A stretch of 64,000 nucleotides of DNA, taken from NCBI RefSeq assembly GCF_009914755.1, contig NC_060937.1; one strand, 5' to 3'. Origin of the DNA: the human T2T-CHM13v2.0 reference genome, Homo sapiens. The notes under the pieces were generated by a model. That model saw nothing but the letters and a program-made list of their open reading frames with translations. It searched no databases and was not told the DNA's origin. Made by a program: the position numbers and the translations under genes. This document shows, in pieces, positions 1 to 14,300 of the stretch (position 1 is its first letter; each line of letters begins with the position of its first letter).

Positions 1-72
1 TAATTCGATACCATTTGTCGATTTTTGCTTTTGTTGACATTGCTTTTGGCATCATGAAATCTTTGCCCATGA
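1..72 (-). mobile_element. L1 ORF2 fragment (runs off window start)
   Basis: ccatttgtcgatttttgcttttgttgacattgcttttggc..atgaaatctttgcccat matches antisense L1 ORF2 3' region. Confidence 0.75.
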
Positions 73-194
73 GGGTCATCTTTTCTTATATATGGGTTCT
101 ACAGGACTGACTGCAGAACTTGTGTATGCATGGATTTTGATATATTCCAGAAGTCCTGGAAACAACTGCCTGAATATACAAAGAGCCAACCGTA
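73..194. mobile_element. TcMar-Tigger MITE end (MER2-like)
   Basis: ggattttgatatattccagaagtcctggaaacaa...gagccaaccgta resembles MER2/Tigger terminus ggattttggtatcc..gtcctggaaccaatccc..gagggacgactg followed by TA. Confidence 0.55.
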
Positions 195-953
195 ATATGC
201 TTTCATCTAAGCCAGTAGTTTGTCTAATATTTTATTCCAAATATATTTCATTATATTATTTATTTAATATAAAGTTGTCACTAAGCAAACAAATGGCATT
301 TTATCAGATAGTTATTTTGTTGGTTGGGTGTTCAAGCTATCTTGTTTAAGTTCAATCTCAATCACACCATAACTTTCTAACTTTAGACTTCTCACTTAAC
401 CCCTCTGAAACTTAGGCATGGACTCTGAAATTAAACAAATATAAGATCTTACATGTATATTATATGTATGATTTAGTTTAAAGTCCCAGTTTAAGTTGCA
501 GAGTAGAAGAAAATAAATCAGTAAAACAAAATTAAAGGTAATATGAACAGGACCCCGGAGAGCAGTGTTGTCACAGTCTGTTTTAAAGTCTGAAAGTCAG
601 TCTCAGTCAGTTGGCTGTTGAGAATATCCCAGGCTGATCAATGGAATTTGTTGTGAATTATATTTGCCGTATTTAAGTTTATTATTTGAGGTGAGAAGTA
701 ACACTAAGCAGGCAATAAATTCTTAGAGGTTTTGTGAATTTTTTCCTCCAATTTATCTTTCTGAGAAAAGTAGACTTGATTATTTCTTTATGATTTGCAT
801 GCAACATAGGGACACAGAGATTATAGCTGATAAGCGGACCCTTGATTGGACAAATAATTTATCATGTTTAAACTACTACTCCCAGAGACTGTGCTTCTAA
901 TAGGAAAATATACAAAAAAGGACATATTGAAAGAACTATGTTTTAGTATATTT

Positions 954-1580
<627 letters not shown>

Positions 1581-2669
1581 TGAGAACAGTAGTAAAGTTT
1601 ATCTAAAACTTCAAAGTCTGAAAAAAATCAAAAATAAGTGCATACTCATCAACAAGACTTGGGTGCAAGGTTGCATCCCTAATGTTACTAAACGTTGTCT
1701 TTCAAAGCATGACAGAGCAATTGAGCAAATGAAATATGGGCCCAGCTGCTAAAGAACAGGTTTATTTGCTTGTTTGTTTTACCATTTATGACAATGAGAT
1801 GTGAACCCTTGGTTTGAATATAATAATCATGACAGAAATAGAACTGTTAAAAACACATTCCACGTGAAAGTAGGGTGACAGACCTAAGTGATTTCAGGTT
1901 AGGACACGGGCCTGGCATTGAGGAAACCTCCACATTTCTTGTTAGGTGCTTGAAAATATACCTTGACATCTCCAGACTTCTGAGCTTCTTCTCAATTAAT
2001 TTGCTTTCCTTCCCCATTTCTTTTTTAATAAGAGAAAGACTGCTTTTACTTCTGACATCTCAGAGATTTCTTGAATTTTTTTGAATGTTCATCTGTGAAT
2101 GTTGAAATATTGCAATGTAGTGTTTGTTAGTAGCATTTGTTATAGGATTAGTGTATGTGTTGTCAAAGTATTCCTTGCAAAAAGTTAAGAACATAACTCA
2201 CAAATATGTCATGTGTTGCAGATTTCTTTATCTCTTTAATGAGGAAATCAACAAGATAACAAAAGCTGGTTCCAAGGAGAATACAGAGACTGATTTGTAT
2301 ACCCAGTGAAAAAAGAAAGAAAGGAAAAAGCTAAATAAAAGATTTCTAAGTTAGATACTAAATTGCTTAATTTCCTACAGGACAGCCTTTGGTGATATCT
2401 TTTGAATCTCTAAAAATCGTTTAGACTTTAAATTTTAATGCTAAAGAATAACTTTAAAGGACACAAAGTAATTTTTTGCCAAATTTTTATATCTTGAATA
2501 ATTTATCTTAATTTTGTACTTCACCCCCATAGTCCCAGCTAGGATATTTGCAAGTCTTCTGAGGTTTAAGAAGAAATAGTTTATACCTGCACTTCCCACA
2601 CTAAAATAACCCAGTTTTTCTCAATCTTTTGGTATTTTTGGAGAGGTGTTGTCTAAGATGCTAGCATTT

Positions 2670-2970
2670 GGCCGGGTGCAGTGGCTCATGCCTGTAATCC
2701 CGCATTTTGGGAGGCCGAGGCAGGTGGATCACGAAGTCAGGAGTTCAAGACCAGCCTGGCAAAGATGGTGAAACCCTGTCTCTATTAAAAATACAAAACT
2801 TAGCTGGGCATTGTGGCAGGTGCCTGTAATCCCAGCTACTTGGGAGGCTGAAGCAGAGAATTTCTTGAACCCGGGAGGCGGAGGTTGTAGTGAGCTGAGA
2901 TCGTGCCATTGCATTCCAGCCTGGGTGACAGAGCGAGACTCCATCTGAAAACAAAAACAAACAAACAAAA
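2670..2970 (+). mobile_element. AluSg-like element
   Basis: ggccgggtgcagtggctc start; ggatcacgaagtcaggagttc; TSD aagatgctagcattt (2655-2669) / aggatgctagcactt (2973-2987). Confidence 0.95.
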
Positions 2971-3724
2971 GAAGGATGCTAGCACTTAGGCTCCTTTTGC
3001 TGATATTCCCTATCGGTCGATATCTGTGTTCCCTATACCAGGTAACCAGATATTAACTTCTTTAAGTTCAGTATCCTCCTTTTCAAACATCACACCAAGG
3101 AACTCAATATATGGTGTTTTTAGTTGAAAATTTTGAAGTTTCAAGTTTAATTAAAAACTTAGAAGGAACAAAACACTGGAAACAACTTCTATTTCAGTGT
3201 TGGTAATACATGATACACTGTACTTGTCCTCGAAGAGATGTATTGTTCATTGCTGTCCCCAGAATTTGTTACTGGCTTTGACCCTACCTCCTGTTCTAAG
3301 CATGGGGGCATATCTCACCCATAGTTTTTTAAACTTTCAGTTTAAAAAGATTTTTTCTCTCTTCTATGTAGGCCAATTATTATACCAAATATTTGAAAGA
3401 AACAAATGAGTCAGAGTTCATTTCTTTTCTTCCAAGGATGCTAGCCACTCAGGTTGGACATGTTATAAACCCTAAATAAGCAAAATTCAGCCACACTGAA
3501 CTCTATGGAACAATTCACATTATTTTGGAATTTTTACACATATGAAATAAATGCACAAAATATGTTGGTATCAACTGATATATTTATTATACTGGATCAA
3601 ATAAAGTATTCAGGTTGGAATTTTGTTGGACTGTGAGAGACCATTTCAGTGGCAGTTTTTCTCCAATGTTGTTTGTTCTTGACGAAGGTTTTAAGTGAAT
3701 TAAGGTAGTAAAGGGTCCCAGTGG

Positions 3725-3900
3725 AAATGGTATTATATTGGATTCTGAAATCAGAAAGCCTGAGTTTGAATCTGGGCTATGAAACATGAATGGCAATTGT
3801 GCCTCTCTTAGAGTTGTGATGATTCAGATAGTTCACATGGTTTAAGCACTTAGGAAATTTGTGTAGCATAAAAATTACTATGTGTTTGTTGTTTTTATTT
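3725..3900 (+). mobile_element. MIR fragment
   Basis: ggattctgaaatcagaaagcctgagtttgaatctgggct and agagttgtgatgattcagatag..aagcactt resemble MIR. Confidence 0.6.
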
Positions 3901-3957
3901 GTTGTTTTATTATAATTATTAAACACAACTGTGACATGTTAAGAAGCCGCACTCTTA

Positions 3958-4345
<388 letters not shown>

Positions 4346-4425
4346 AGAAGGAAGGGAGGAAGGAAGGAAGGAAGGAAGGAAGGAAGGAAGGAAGGAAGGA
4401 AGGAAAGAAGGAAGGAAGGAAGGAA
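4346..4425 (+). repeat. (GGAA)n microsatellite derived from the Alu tail
   Basis: 12 consecutive GGAA at 4358-4405, then AGAA, then 4 more at 4410-4425. Confidence 0.95.
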
Positions 4426-4922
4426 ATATGAATCTCAATAGGTGAAACTTATTTTAGTGAAGACAATGAAAGGAAAAAGCACGTTTCTTAAAATGTAGGC
4501 ATGCAATGGATTGACATAAGGACTTGACAGTATGGAAAGACAATATATGGAGGGTAGGGCAGAAAAAGTACGAAGAGTTGAATTAGAAAAGATTTAATTT
4601 AGAAAAGATAAGGACTGTCACAAAGCAAAATGATGTTTGTTCCTTATTTTATACATTATAGTATAATTTAAAGCTTCGTTTAAGTCTGGATAAAAGATCA
4701 AGTTTTTAAGAAAATCCTTTACATGTGTTTTTATGAAGTATTATATACACTAATCTCAATAGATTAGTTATGAATAGAAACATTATGTCCTTTTTCTTGC
4801 TTACTTTTCTAGCCCAAGGACTCAGAATCACAATGACTCAAAGCTTTATTGTAAAAACCCCATCACCATTTTTTGATGCTTGAGATACCGCATCTTGTAT
4901 AAAGATTCCATTTTAGGGGTCT

Positions 4923-5021
4923 GATTTGGAATTCAGATAAATGAGCACAGAGCATTACATCTGCAATTGGAGATTTACAAGATAGCAGGGAATGCATGCT
5001 TGACTATCTGAATTCAAAATC
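4923..5021. repeat. Imperfect ~100-nt inverted repeat (hairpin)
   Basis: gatttggaattcagata (4923-4939) pairs with tatctgaattcaaaatc (5005-5021) at 16/17; inner stems gagca/tgctt, gcatt/aatgc, ctgc/gcag. Confidence 0.7.
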
Positions 5022-5569
5022 TAAAACTTCCAGATAATAGCCATCTTAATCACCTCACTTTGGTTCATAGTATTTTCTGTTTTTTTTTTCGTGTACATAA
5101 AAATCTCTAAATCTCTGTATATCTTCCTATCACAGATTTTTAGTGAATATTTAAATGTTTCCTTTAAATTATGCCTTAAGCTAGAGATTGTTTTATTTCA
5201 GTTAGAAAGCAAAAAGTTAACATCCATTTGATGCTAGTGTGTTTAGACACTGTGTATTTACACTACAATTTTTATTCATAACCTGTTTTGACTCAGAAGG
5301 TACTAACACAAGACATTTTGCAAACTTAAATAAATTTGTAATAATTGAGTTTGCCCCTCCTTTTTTCAAAATATGAGGTAAAGATTTATGAGTACTAAGG
5401 GTATACTTTTCTATGAAAACACCAAAAGATAATGTTATTACTGCTTATTAAATAGTTTATAGAAGAAACCAAAGAATCATGATCTCCAAAAACAGAAATT
5501 TTATCTGTTAATAATTGTACTTTCGGCACATAGGAGATATTAACTAAAGATTGGATGAAAAACAAAATA

Positions 5570-5715
5570 ACTGAGCAATTGTGAGCTTGGGTATATCATA
5601 TTGCTCATCTCCAAATGAATTTTTTAACTATCTTAAAGCATTGCTATGAGTATTAAATGAGTTAAATGAGTTAGAATTGAGCCAGGAACACTCTATTGAA
5701 AATAGGTTATTGTGT
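5570..5715 (+). mobile_element. MIR fragment
   Basis: gtgagcttggg..ctcatctccaaatg..ttgctatgagtattaaatgagttaa resembles MIR core. Confidence 0.55.
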
Positions 5716-6170
5716 TACATGATTATGAGAATTATTAGTGGCAGTTTTATTGTAGGATTCCAGAGGAGGCTACTTACTCTTTGAATACACCCATGCTTTC
5801 AAGATGAATCAAAAGATTATTTTATAATACATGAATTTTTGCAAAATGATGCATATAAATCTCTCGTATTTAAAAAATTGAGTTTTCTAAATTTATCATA
5901 CTTTATGACATCAATCTGTTAAAAATTTCTCTTTATAATGAATTTTCTTATATTTCTTATGTTAAGAATGAATATCTCAATGGGCATTTGAAAGATATAT
6001 ACATGCAAAATAATGTAAAATTATACCCACATAAGGACAGATATCTTGGATGCAAGGTAACAAATGCATTTACTTTAGATGAACTTAAACTGCATTATCT
6101 TAATAGCCCTGTGAAACTTTTCCAGTGTATCTGAGATACTGCACTGAGTGAATGTTCCCCTGGTGTGGAA

Positions 6171-6281
6171 GGTTTCTGGCTGATTAAAACAGTCAATATG
6201 ATATACTAAGTTTCAGTCAAGTTTCAGTCAAGTTTCAGCAGGATTCTGGCTGATTAAAACAGTCAATATGATATACTAAGT
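6171..6281 (+). repeat. 38-bp exact direct duplication with an internal 11-mer array
   Basis: ttctggctgattaaaacagtcaatatgatatactaagt at 6174-6211 and 6244-6281; aagtttcagtc x~2.7 at 6208-6238. Confidence 0.95.
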
Positions 6282-7929
6282 CTCTCAGGCCCCTGTGTCT
6301 GACATATGATTGGTTTATGGCTCTTGCTGAGGGGCAAATAACAGCCAGGCAATGGTCCTCTCTCTCTTTCTCTCTTTTTTTTTTTTTTCATTTTTTCACC
6401 CTCTAACTGTATTTTTTTTCTGATTTTCTTCTGCCTTGCTTTAAATTTGCCATTGAAAGCTAAAGAGTTTATCTTTTTAAGTTTTATGGATTTAAGTCTA
6501 AGATTTAGGAAGCCTGAGAGAAATCAGGAAGAATTCTAGAATCCTATTCGTATGGGCTATCACGATGACATTTAGATTTAGCAAAAGATTTTAGCTGTAA
6601 GAATCTTTGCAAAGCCAGTGTCAGTATGTATTATTAATATTGAACACTCGACAGTGTAAGGTATTAGAGTTTTTAGTTGAATTTGAAATTTTGTGCTTAA
6701 GTATATTACTTTGGAAAGCCATTATAGAAAAATGATGAAATTTCTCTAGAATCTATTACTATAATTTTGAGACAAGATAAAGTGCAGTTGTAACAAGTAA
6801 CTCTTTATTATGCTATAACTTATGTGGTCTAACATCACAATGAGAGGTAGAATTGAAAGATAGCCAACATAATATTTAGATTTGTTCTTAATTAATTAAT
6901 TTCACACACACGTGTATCTCTTAGCTTATTAAGGATGAGGCACTATGCTGGGATAACATAGAAGTGTAATGAATAAGCACCTGGACCAAAAGCCAAAGGC
7001 CCAAAGGATAAAAATCAGTTTGCATCTGAAGCCCAAATTCATCATCATGGAGTGATACATGCATAAATCCAAAATTTTATTTTAGATATATTTTGAAATG
7101 AGTAAAATTAGGTAGACATATTTAAAATTTTGAGATACAATACAGAAACAATAATTTCTCATAAATGCTAGATATTAGCTTTATCCTATAGTTACTGAAG
7201 CTTATTATTATGGTACCATACAGTTTCAATCTTAAGTGAATGCTCTCATTCCGTTGTGAACTATCCTACAGCAAGATATTTTTTAACCAGCTCTACAATA
7301 AAACAGAAAAATAAGGACTTTTATGCTAAGACTAATAATCTAAGTTGAATTACATTGCTAAATATAAATTTTAAATATTGTGTTATGTTCAGTGTTATAA
7401 ATGCTAATGCATTAAACAATTCCATATAGATTAAAATTTTTATATAAATAATCTCTAGTATTCTGCTTGTAATTTGATTTACTTTTTTAAACGTTTGTTT
7501 TTTCAAAATAAATATGATAGCCTTTCTAAAATTATTTATCTAATACACTCACTCTAAATACTTGAATTAACTGTAAATGCATATTCCCATATTTGTTTGA
7601 AAGATATTAATTTTTTGTTTATAAAATTGACAATTTTTACAATCTGTATTATTATTGTAGTGTCTTTCTTTTTTATTATAAACATACTATTATAATTAAA
7701 CTGACATTCAATTTTAACATATGAAAGTATAAGGGGTGATTTTCATTACAGATTATATAAAAATTTAATTATATTTAAAAGTGAATTTCAGATATTAAAA
7801 GTAAGGCAGAGAGACAGGTCTTATTCATGTTGCTAATATTTCTATATTGACATTTCTTGTTAGTGCACCTGATGGTATGATCACTGGTCTTGGACAAGTT
7901 CGTGGATGCCAGGAGATGCTGTATGAGCA

Positions 7930-8680
7930 GAAGCAAATTTGTGAGGGATGATTGTTTCAATTTTGAGATGTTTACCTTGTGAGGTGTCTTATATACAAAG
8001 GCAATGAACAATTTCAGACTGTCACTCAAGATATATAAAAGCTTAAAGATTCATGTTGGCATGTTAGTAAGAAATAAAGGAAGATACATGTATGTGGTCA
8101 TCCAGTATAAGCGTAGAGAGTTAACGGAGATGAGAACCTTGAACAAAGTGCAAGAAGAGCTTGAAATAATGACCGAAACAGAATAATCACAGACATAGGA
8201 GGAAAAGTTGCATTGTTTCCTGTAGGTCAGGGAAAGCAAGAGCTTTAAGCCTTGAGTAACTGCATTATCAGAGTGCTATTAAGTGACCACATATCATAAC
8301 AATGAACAAAATAGAGGGGAGAACAAATAAAATGTTGAGGGACATGAGATTCATATAAAGATATTTACTGATTTAAATCTCTTTTAGCAAGAAATGTCTT
8401 AGTGTTAAAACATTTTTCATGTTTTGTGGGGTGATAATCCAGATGCAAGAGCCTGAATGATTGTCAGCTGGATTCCTAGATTTAAGGAAGCAAGTGAAGG
8501 TATTCACCTTGAAGCATACTGGTAGATTATATTTTGACTCTGGAGAAGGAGGGAAATTGAGAAGGCAAACATTGGGCAAAAATTGGAATACCAATGATAG
8601 AGGAACAGAAAACAAAAGCACAGTTAGTTGATTATGTCTTTAGTTAAGAAGGCCTTTAGAGAACACAAACATCCAACAAT
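7930..8680 (-). mobile_element. Old L2 fragment(s)
   Basis: Purine-rich degenerate sequence with antisense L2 character; heavily diverged. Confidence 0.35.
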
Positions 8681-8699
8681 GCTTAGTGGTCAATCTGGA

Positions 8700-10450
8700 C
8701 TGTGCAATTTTTTTTAATGCTTATTATAGTTATTGTGCAAAAGCATTCTTACAAAGGCTGATTATTTTTCTTAGAGAAATGATCATAATAATCTGCATCC
8801 CAATTGCGAGGTCTATCATAACTTCTTTTCCTCAGAAAGTACTTATGGCAATGTGTAAATTAGTGGTTGCAATCCCAGGATAAAGAAGGGGCAGCAGAAT
8901 GGGCATACTACAAGTGGCAGCAATTCCAATGTCTCTCGGTCATCATGACATTATCTTAGCTAGTAGAATACTTTTTTGCTTGCTTTCCACTGTCCTGAGT
9001 AGACCATAGTGGACAGATGATGCTCACTTCCAGGATCTCCAATGAGGAAGAGGCTAAGATTGTATGGACTAGACACATACATTTTCAAATGTTTCACTGC
9101 CAGAGATGGTAAGAGATGCCTTTCTTCCTTTTACCCTTTGTTTCCTGGATCCATATATTCTAGCTAATGGAGCTACTGTATCATTTATCACATCCTGGAA
9201 AACGTTACCCCAATCTTACATGTTGCTGACCTTGAGCAAGAGTCTTACTTGAATCTTAAACAGATTGCTCCCAAATTTAATCAGGCCGATTTTTAGTAAA
9301 AGGGGTTGTATGCTGCACAATGTATAAATCCCAAGATCATGAGCCAATTATGCTCACTTTGCAGACATAAAATACATCCTTTGGTCTAAAACAATGTTAT
9401 AGGCAATACCATGAGTATTAAAAAGGCTTTCTGTAAGTCTTTAGATCATAGTGTTGGCTGGGGCGCTTTGGATAAGTAAGCAAACTCATTTATGGAATAT
9501 ATAGATTCCTGAAGATCGAAGGTTCAAATATAATTCCTTTGCCAAAGCGGGACCAACCGTTATTCCCAAGCAATGATGCTGACATCTAATTGTTGATGTA
9601 TGGTGCTGGAAAATTGCGCACACAGGAGTGGAAGTAGCAAGAAAAGCTGTGGTAAAAGGCTAGCCCATGCAGTTGGGCAGATAAGCAACCTTTATCCTTG
9701 TCACTATAGACTATACATGGGACTACACAAGCACTGAAGATGTCTGGAGATATACTAAATTATATTCACTTATCTACCTGCTTGTTGAGAGACATCCTTT
9801 TGATGAATAATCACCAGTAAAAATTAACATGAGATGCAAATATGTATTCTAATTACCTCTGTCCATTGGTCTATCTGTATACTTCATCCTCAGGTCTCCT
9901 TATCACTGAATTTTTCATCTTATTCCAGTCTGGACTCGGACAAACTGGCCCGGGCATTTGCCACTTCCAAGGTATTAGGGAATAACCACAGTTGAGACAA
10001 ATTATTTCTTCATATGGAATAGAAAACTAAATGTATTGCTTGTAGGTCTGTCCGCTGGGAGAATTTCTCTTTATCAATTTGGGATAAGAGTTGTAATGCA
10101 CCAACAATTTATTTCTGGCTAATATCTCAGTAGGCTGGCATTCCCTCCCCAGGGAACTGATTTATAGCTCTATGAGAGTTCTTTTTAGAATTTATGAGGC
10201 TCTAGAAACACTTAGACAATATTTCTTTTATGAAATCTGGATTCCTTTCTTCAAGGGCCTGAACTATCAGTAATAACCTGGCATCAATCACTTATTAGAG
10301 ATTTGGGTCAAAGCTCAACAGGGACCGCTCCTCCACACTGTTTAATACAATTAAAGGTAACATCTTAATTTTGTTCCCCTGCTCTGAATGTGGTAGCTAC
10401 TTCTACACGTTCTCTTCTGTATCTGAGTGTTTTCTTCTGGCCTTTCAACC
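8700..10450 (-). mobile_element. ERVL/MaLR-class internal region (decayed RNase H/integrase)
   Basis: aaggctttctgtaagtc, gtctatctgtatacttcatcctcaggtctccttatcactgaattt and ggtctgtccgctgggagaatttctc resemble antisense HERV-L pol; no intact ORF. Confidence 0.65.
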
Positions 10451-11329
10451 TTCTAACACTTGTTTAGCATGTAATTTTTTTCTGAGTTAGAAATATTGTT
10501 AAGACCTATCTTTTGACAGGGGCCTCGCCAGTAAGTTAATTAATACCGTAAGTAGGCTCAGAAAACAGATCCTCAATGAAGAATTTTCAGATGGGTTTAA
10601 ACATCTTGCCAATGGCAAATAGAAGGCTTATTATCCTTGATATACAGAAGCATCATCATTAATCAAATTATTACCTATTTTTGACTATGATTAAGTACTT
10701 ATGAAGCAAATACCTTGGGAGATCAAATTTCTATTCACTTATATGAAGAAAAAATTAATTACAAAGTTTATCAAATGAGTAAATGTTTTAAAATGCCCTG
10801 ACATACTTATATAAATAAAATGACAAGTTCAGATTTTTAATTTCTTAACTCTAATTGTGGTATAAAATAAGAGATATTCTAAGATGGCCTTAAAAGCATC
10901 TCTTATATACTATAGAAACAAATCAAACTTGATGAAAATCAGACATAAAATATAATCATACTGTTTTCAGAAATACAATGTCAGTTGAGTTAACAACCAT
11001 GTACAATTTTCAATGCAAAATTTAGGATATTTGAGAAAGAGTGAAATTCTGAAATTTGGAGTGGGGGTATTCATGTGGACCCAGAAAATGATGGAAAGGG
11101 GCCTTTGCTACCCATTGGTGACACTGAGACTAAATCTGGTTGCAGTTTGAGAGGCAATGAAGCTGGATAGAAGGGATATGTCTTGCAGAGTCCAATCTTC
11201 ATTTTGAAATAAATTTTAGGTCATTGTTTTATTTTAAAAAAGGTCAAATTGGTGCTTCTGCTAGGTCTGAGGTTTCAAAAAATATTTATTTATTTTTGAA
11301 CTTTACATGTTTTTTTCAGTTTGTATTTC

Positions 11330-14300
11330 CTACTTTTTCTAACTTTTTTTAAGGTTCAGGGGGATACACATGCAGGTTTGTTACATGGGTAAATTTCATG
11401 TAGCAGCATTTGGTATACAGATTATTTTGTCAGCTAGGTAATGAACGTAGTACCCAATGAGTGGTTTTTTGATCCTAACCCTCCTCCCACCCTCAACTCT
11501 CAAGAAAGCCCCCATGTGTATAGTTCCCAATTCTGGGATTGCTGTGTCAAATGACAGTTCCATTTAAATTCTTTGAGAAATCTTCAAACTATTTTCCACA
11601 GTGCCTAAACTAATTTATATTCCCACCCACAGTGTATATGTTCCCTTTTCTTCACAACCTCATTCATATCTTTTTTCTTTTTTTTTTCTTTTTGACGTTT
11701 TAATGATAGCCCTTCTGACTGGTGTGAGATAGTATCTTTGTGTGGTTTTAATTTGCATTTCTCTCTAATGAATAGTGATGTGGAGCATTTTTTTAAATAT
11801 GTTTCTTGGCCACATGTATGTCTTTTTTTGAAAAGTGACCATGTCCTTTACACATTTTTTAATGTGGTTGTTTGGTTTTTTGCTTGTTAATTTGTTTAAG
11901 TTGCTTATAGATTCTGGATATAAAATCTTCGTCAGATGCATAATTTGCAAATATTTTCTACCATTTTGTAGGTTGTCTGCTTACTCTGTTGATAATTTCT
12001 CTCACTGTGCAGAAGCTACTTAGTTTCATTAGGTCTGATTTGTCATTTTTTTGTTTCTGTTGCAATTGCTTTCCTTTGACATTAAATCACTGCCAAGGCC
12101 AGTAGCCAGAATGGTATTTTGTAAGTTTTCTTCTGGAGTATTTTTTTATAGTTTTGGGTTTTACATTTAAGTCTTTGATTCATTTCATGTTGATTTTTGT
12201 ATATGATGCAAGGTAGGGGTCCAGTTTCAATCTTTTGCATATGGCTAGCTAGTTATCCCAGTACCATTTATTGAATAAGGAGGCCTTTACCCATTTCTTG
12301 TTATTGTTAACTTTGTCAAAGATCAGATGGATGTATGGGCAAGACTTAAGTTCTGGGTTCTCTAACCTGTTCCATTGGTCTATGTGTCTGTTTTTGTACC
12401 AGTGCCATACTGTCTTGGTTACTATATCCCTGTAGTATTGTTTGAAGTTGGCTAGTATGATGCCTCTGACTTTGTTCATTTTGTTTTGGACTACAATGGC
12501 TATTTGGAGTCTTTTTTGGTTCTATATGAATATTAGAATAGTCTTGTTTCTAATTCTGTGAAAAATGTTATCGGTAATTTGATAAGAATAACATTGAATC
12601 TGTCGATTGCTTTGAGCAGTATGGACATTTTAATGATACTGATTCTTCCTATACATGAGCATGGAATTTTTTTTTCATTTGTTTGTATTATCTCTGATTT
12701 CTTTGAGCAGTGTTTTGTAATTCTCATTGCAGGGATCCTTCACCTCTCTGCTTAGCTGTACTCCTAGGTATTTAATTCTTTCATGGCTATTGTGAATGGG
12801 GTAGCACTCATGATTTGGCTCTCAGCTTGGACATTATTGGTATATGGAAATGCTACAGACTTTTAAATAATGATTTTGTATGCTGAAAGTTTGCTGCAGT
12901 TGTTTATCAGTTCTAGGGTTCCGTGGGCAGAGACTCTCGGGTTTTCTAGGTATAGAATCATATTGAATATGAAAATAGATGGTTTGACTTCTTCTCGTCC
13001 TATCTGCATATCTTTTCTTTCTTTCTTACCTGATTTTTCTGGCTAGAACTTCCTGTACTATGTTAAATAGAATTGTGAAAGTGGGCATCCTTGTCATGTT
13101 CCAGTTCTCAAGGAGAATGCTTTCAGCTACTGCCTGTTCGGTATGATGCTGGCTGTGGGTTTGTCATAGATGGTTCTTATTATTTTGAGGTGTGTTTGTT
13201 TGATGCCAAGTTTGTTGAGGTTTTTCAACATGAAAGGGTGTTGAATTTTATCAGAACCTTTTTCTACATCTATTGAGATGATACTATGGTTTTTGTTTTT
13301 AGTGATGTTTATTTGATGAATCACATTTATGATTTTCTTACGTTAAACCCACCTTGCATCCCAGGAATAAAGCCCACTTGATTGTGATGCCTTAGCATTT
13401 TGATTTGCTGCTAGATTTGGTTTGCTAGTATTTTGCTGAGGAGTTTTCCATCTATGTTCATCTGGGATATTGTGCTGAACTTTTCTTTTTGCATCATGTC
13501 TCTGTCATGTCTCAGTGTCAGAATGGTTCTGGCCTTATAGAATGAGTTAGAGAGGAGTCTCTCTTCCTCAGTTTTTTGGAATAGTTAAGGTAGGATTGAT
13601 ATCAGCTCTTGTTTTATACATCTGGTTCAATTTGGCTATGAATCCATCTGGTCCAGGGCTTTTTCTGGTTGGTAGGTTTTTACTACTGAATCATTTTTGG
13701 AACCCATTATTTATCTGTTCAGGATTTCAAACTCTTCCTGGTTCAATCTTGGGACGTTGCATGTTTCCAGGAATTTATCCATTCCTTCCAGGTTTTCTAG
13801 TGTGTGTGCATAGAATTGTTTGTAATTATCTTTGGTTTTTGTTTTTTTTGTACTTTTATGTGATGAGTGATAATGTCCCCTTTGTCATTTCTTATTGTGT
13901 TTATTTGGATCTTGTCTTTTTTTTTTATTAATCTAGCTAGCTGTTTAGCAATCTTGTTTACTCTTTCAAATAACAAACTTTTATTTTGCTGTTCTTTTGT
14001 ATGGTTTGTTGCATCTCAGTTTCATTCAGTTTGGCTCTCATTTGGGTTATTTCTTTTCTGCTGCTTTGGAATTGGTTTTCTCTTGTTTTTCCAGTTCCTG
14101 TAGGTGTGATGTTAGATTGTTAAGTTGAGATCTTTCTAACTTTTTGATGTGGGCGTTTAGCACGGTAAACTTTTTCTAACACTGCCTTAGCTGTTTCCCA
14201 GAGATGCTGGTATATTGTATCGTTGTTTTTATTAGCTTTAAATAATTTATTGATTTCTGCCTTAATTTCATTATTTACCCAAATGTCATTCAAAAACAGG

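Noticed and set aside
6171-6281. CRISPR-like repeat-spacer-repeat (38-bp repeats, 32-bp spacer)
   Set aside because: Only two repeats, the spacer is itself a tandem 11-mer, the context is primate and there are no cas genes
6349-6459. ~110-nt AG-free pyrimidine zone with CTCTAAC as a distant-branch-point acceptor
   Set aside because: Largely explained by a CT/T simple tract; weak AAG acceptor and no strong downstream donor
10500-10560. cttttgacag|GGGCCTCGCCA|gtaagt 11-nt microexon
   Set aside because: Short pyrimidine tract, not frame-preserving, no UGC; within chance expectation
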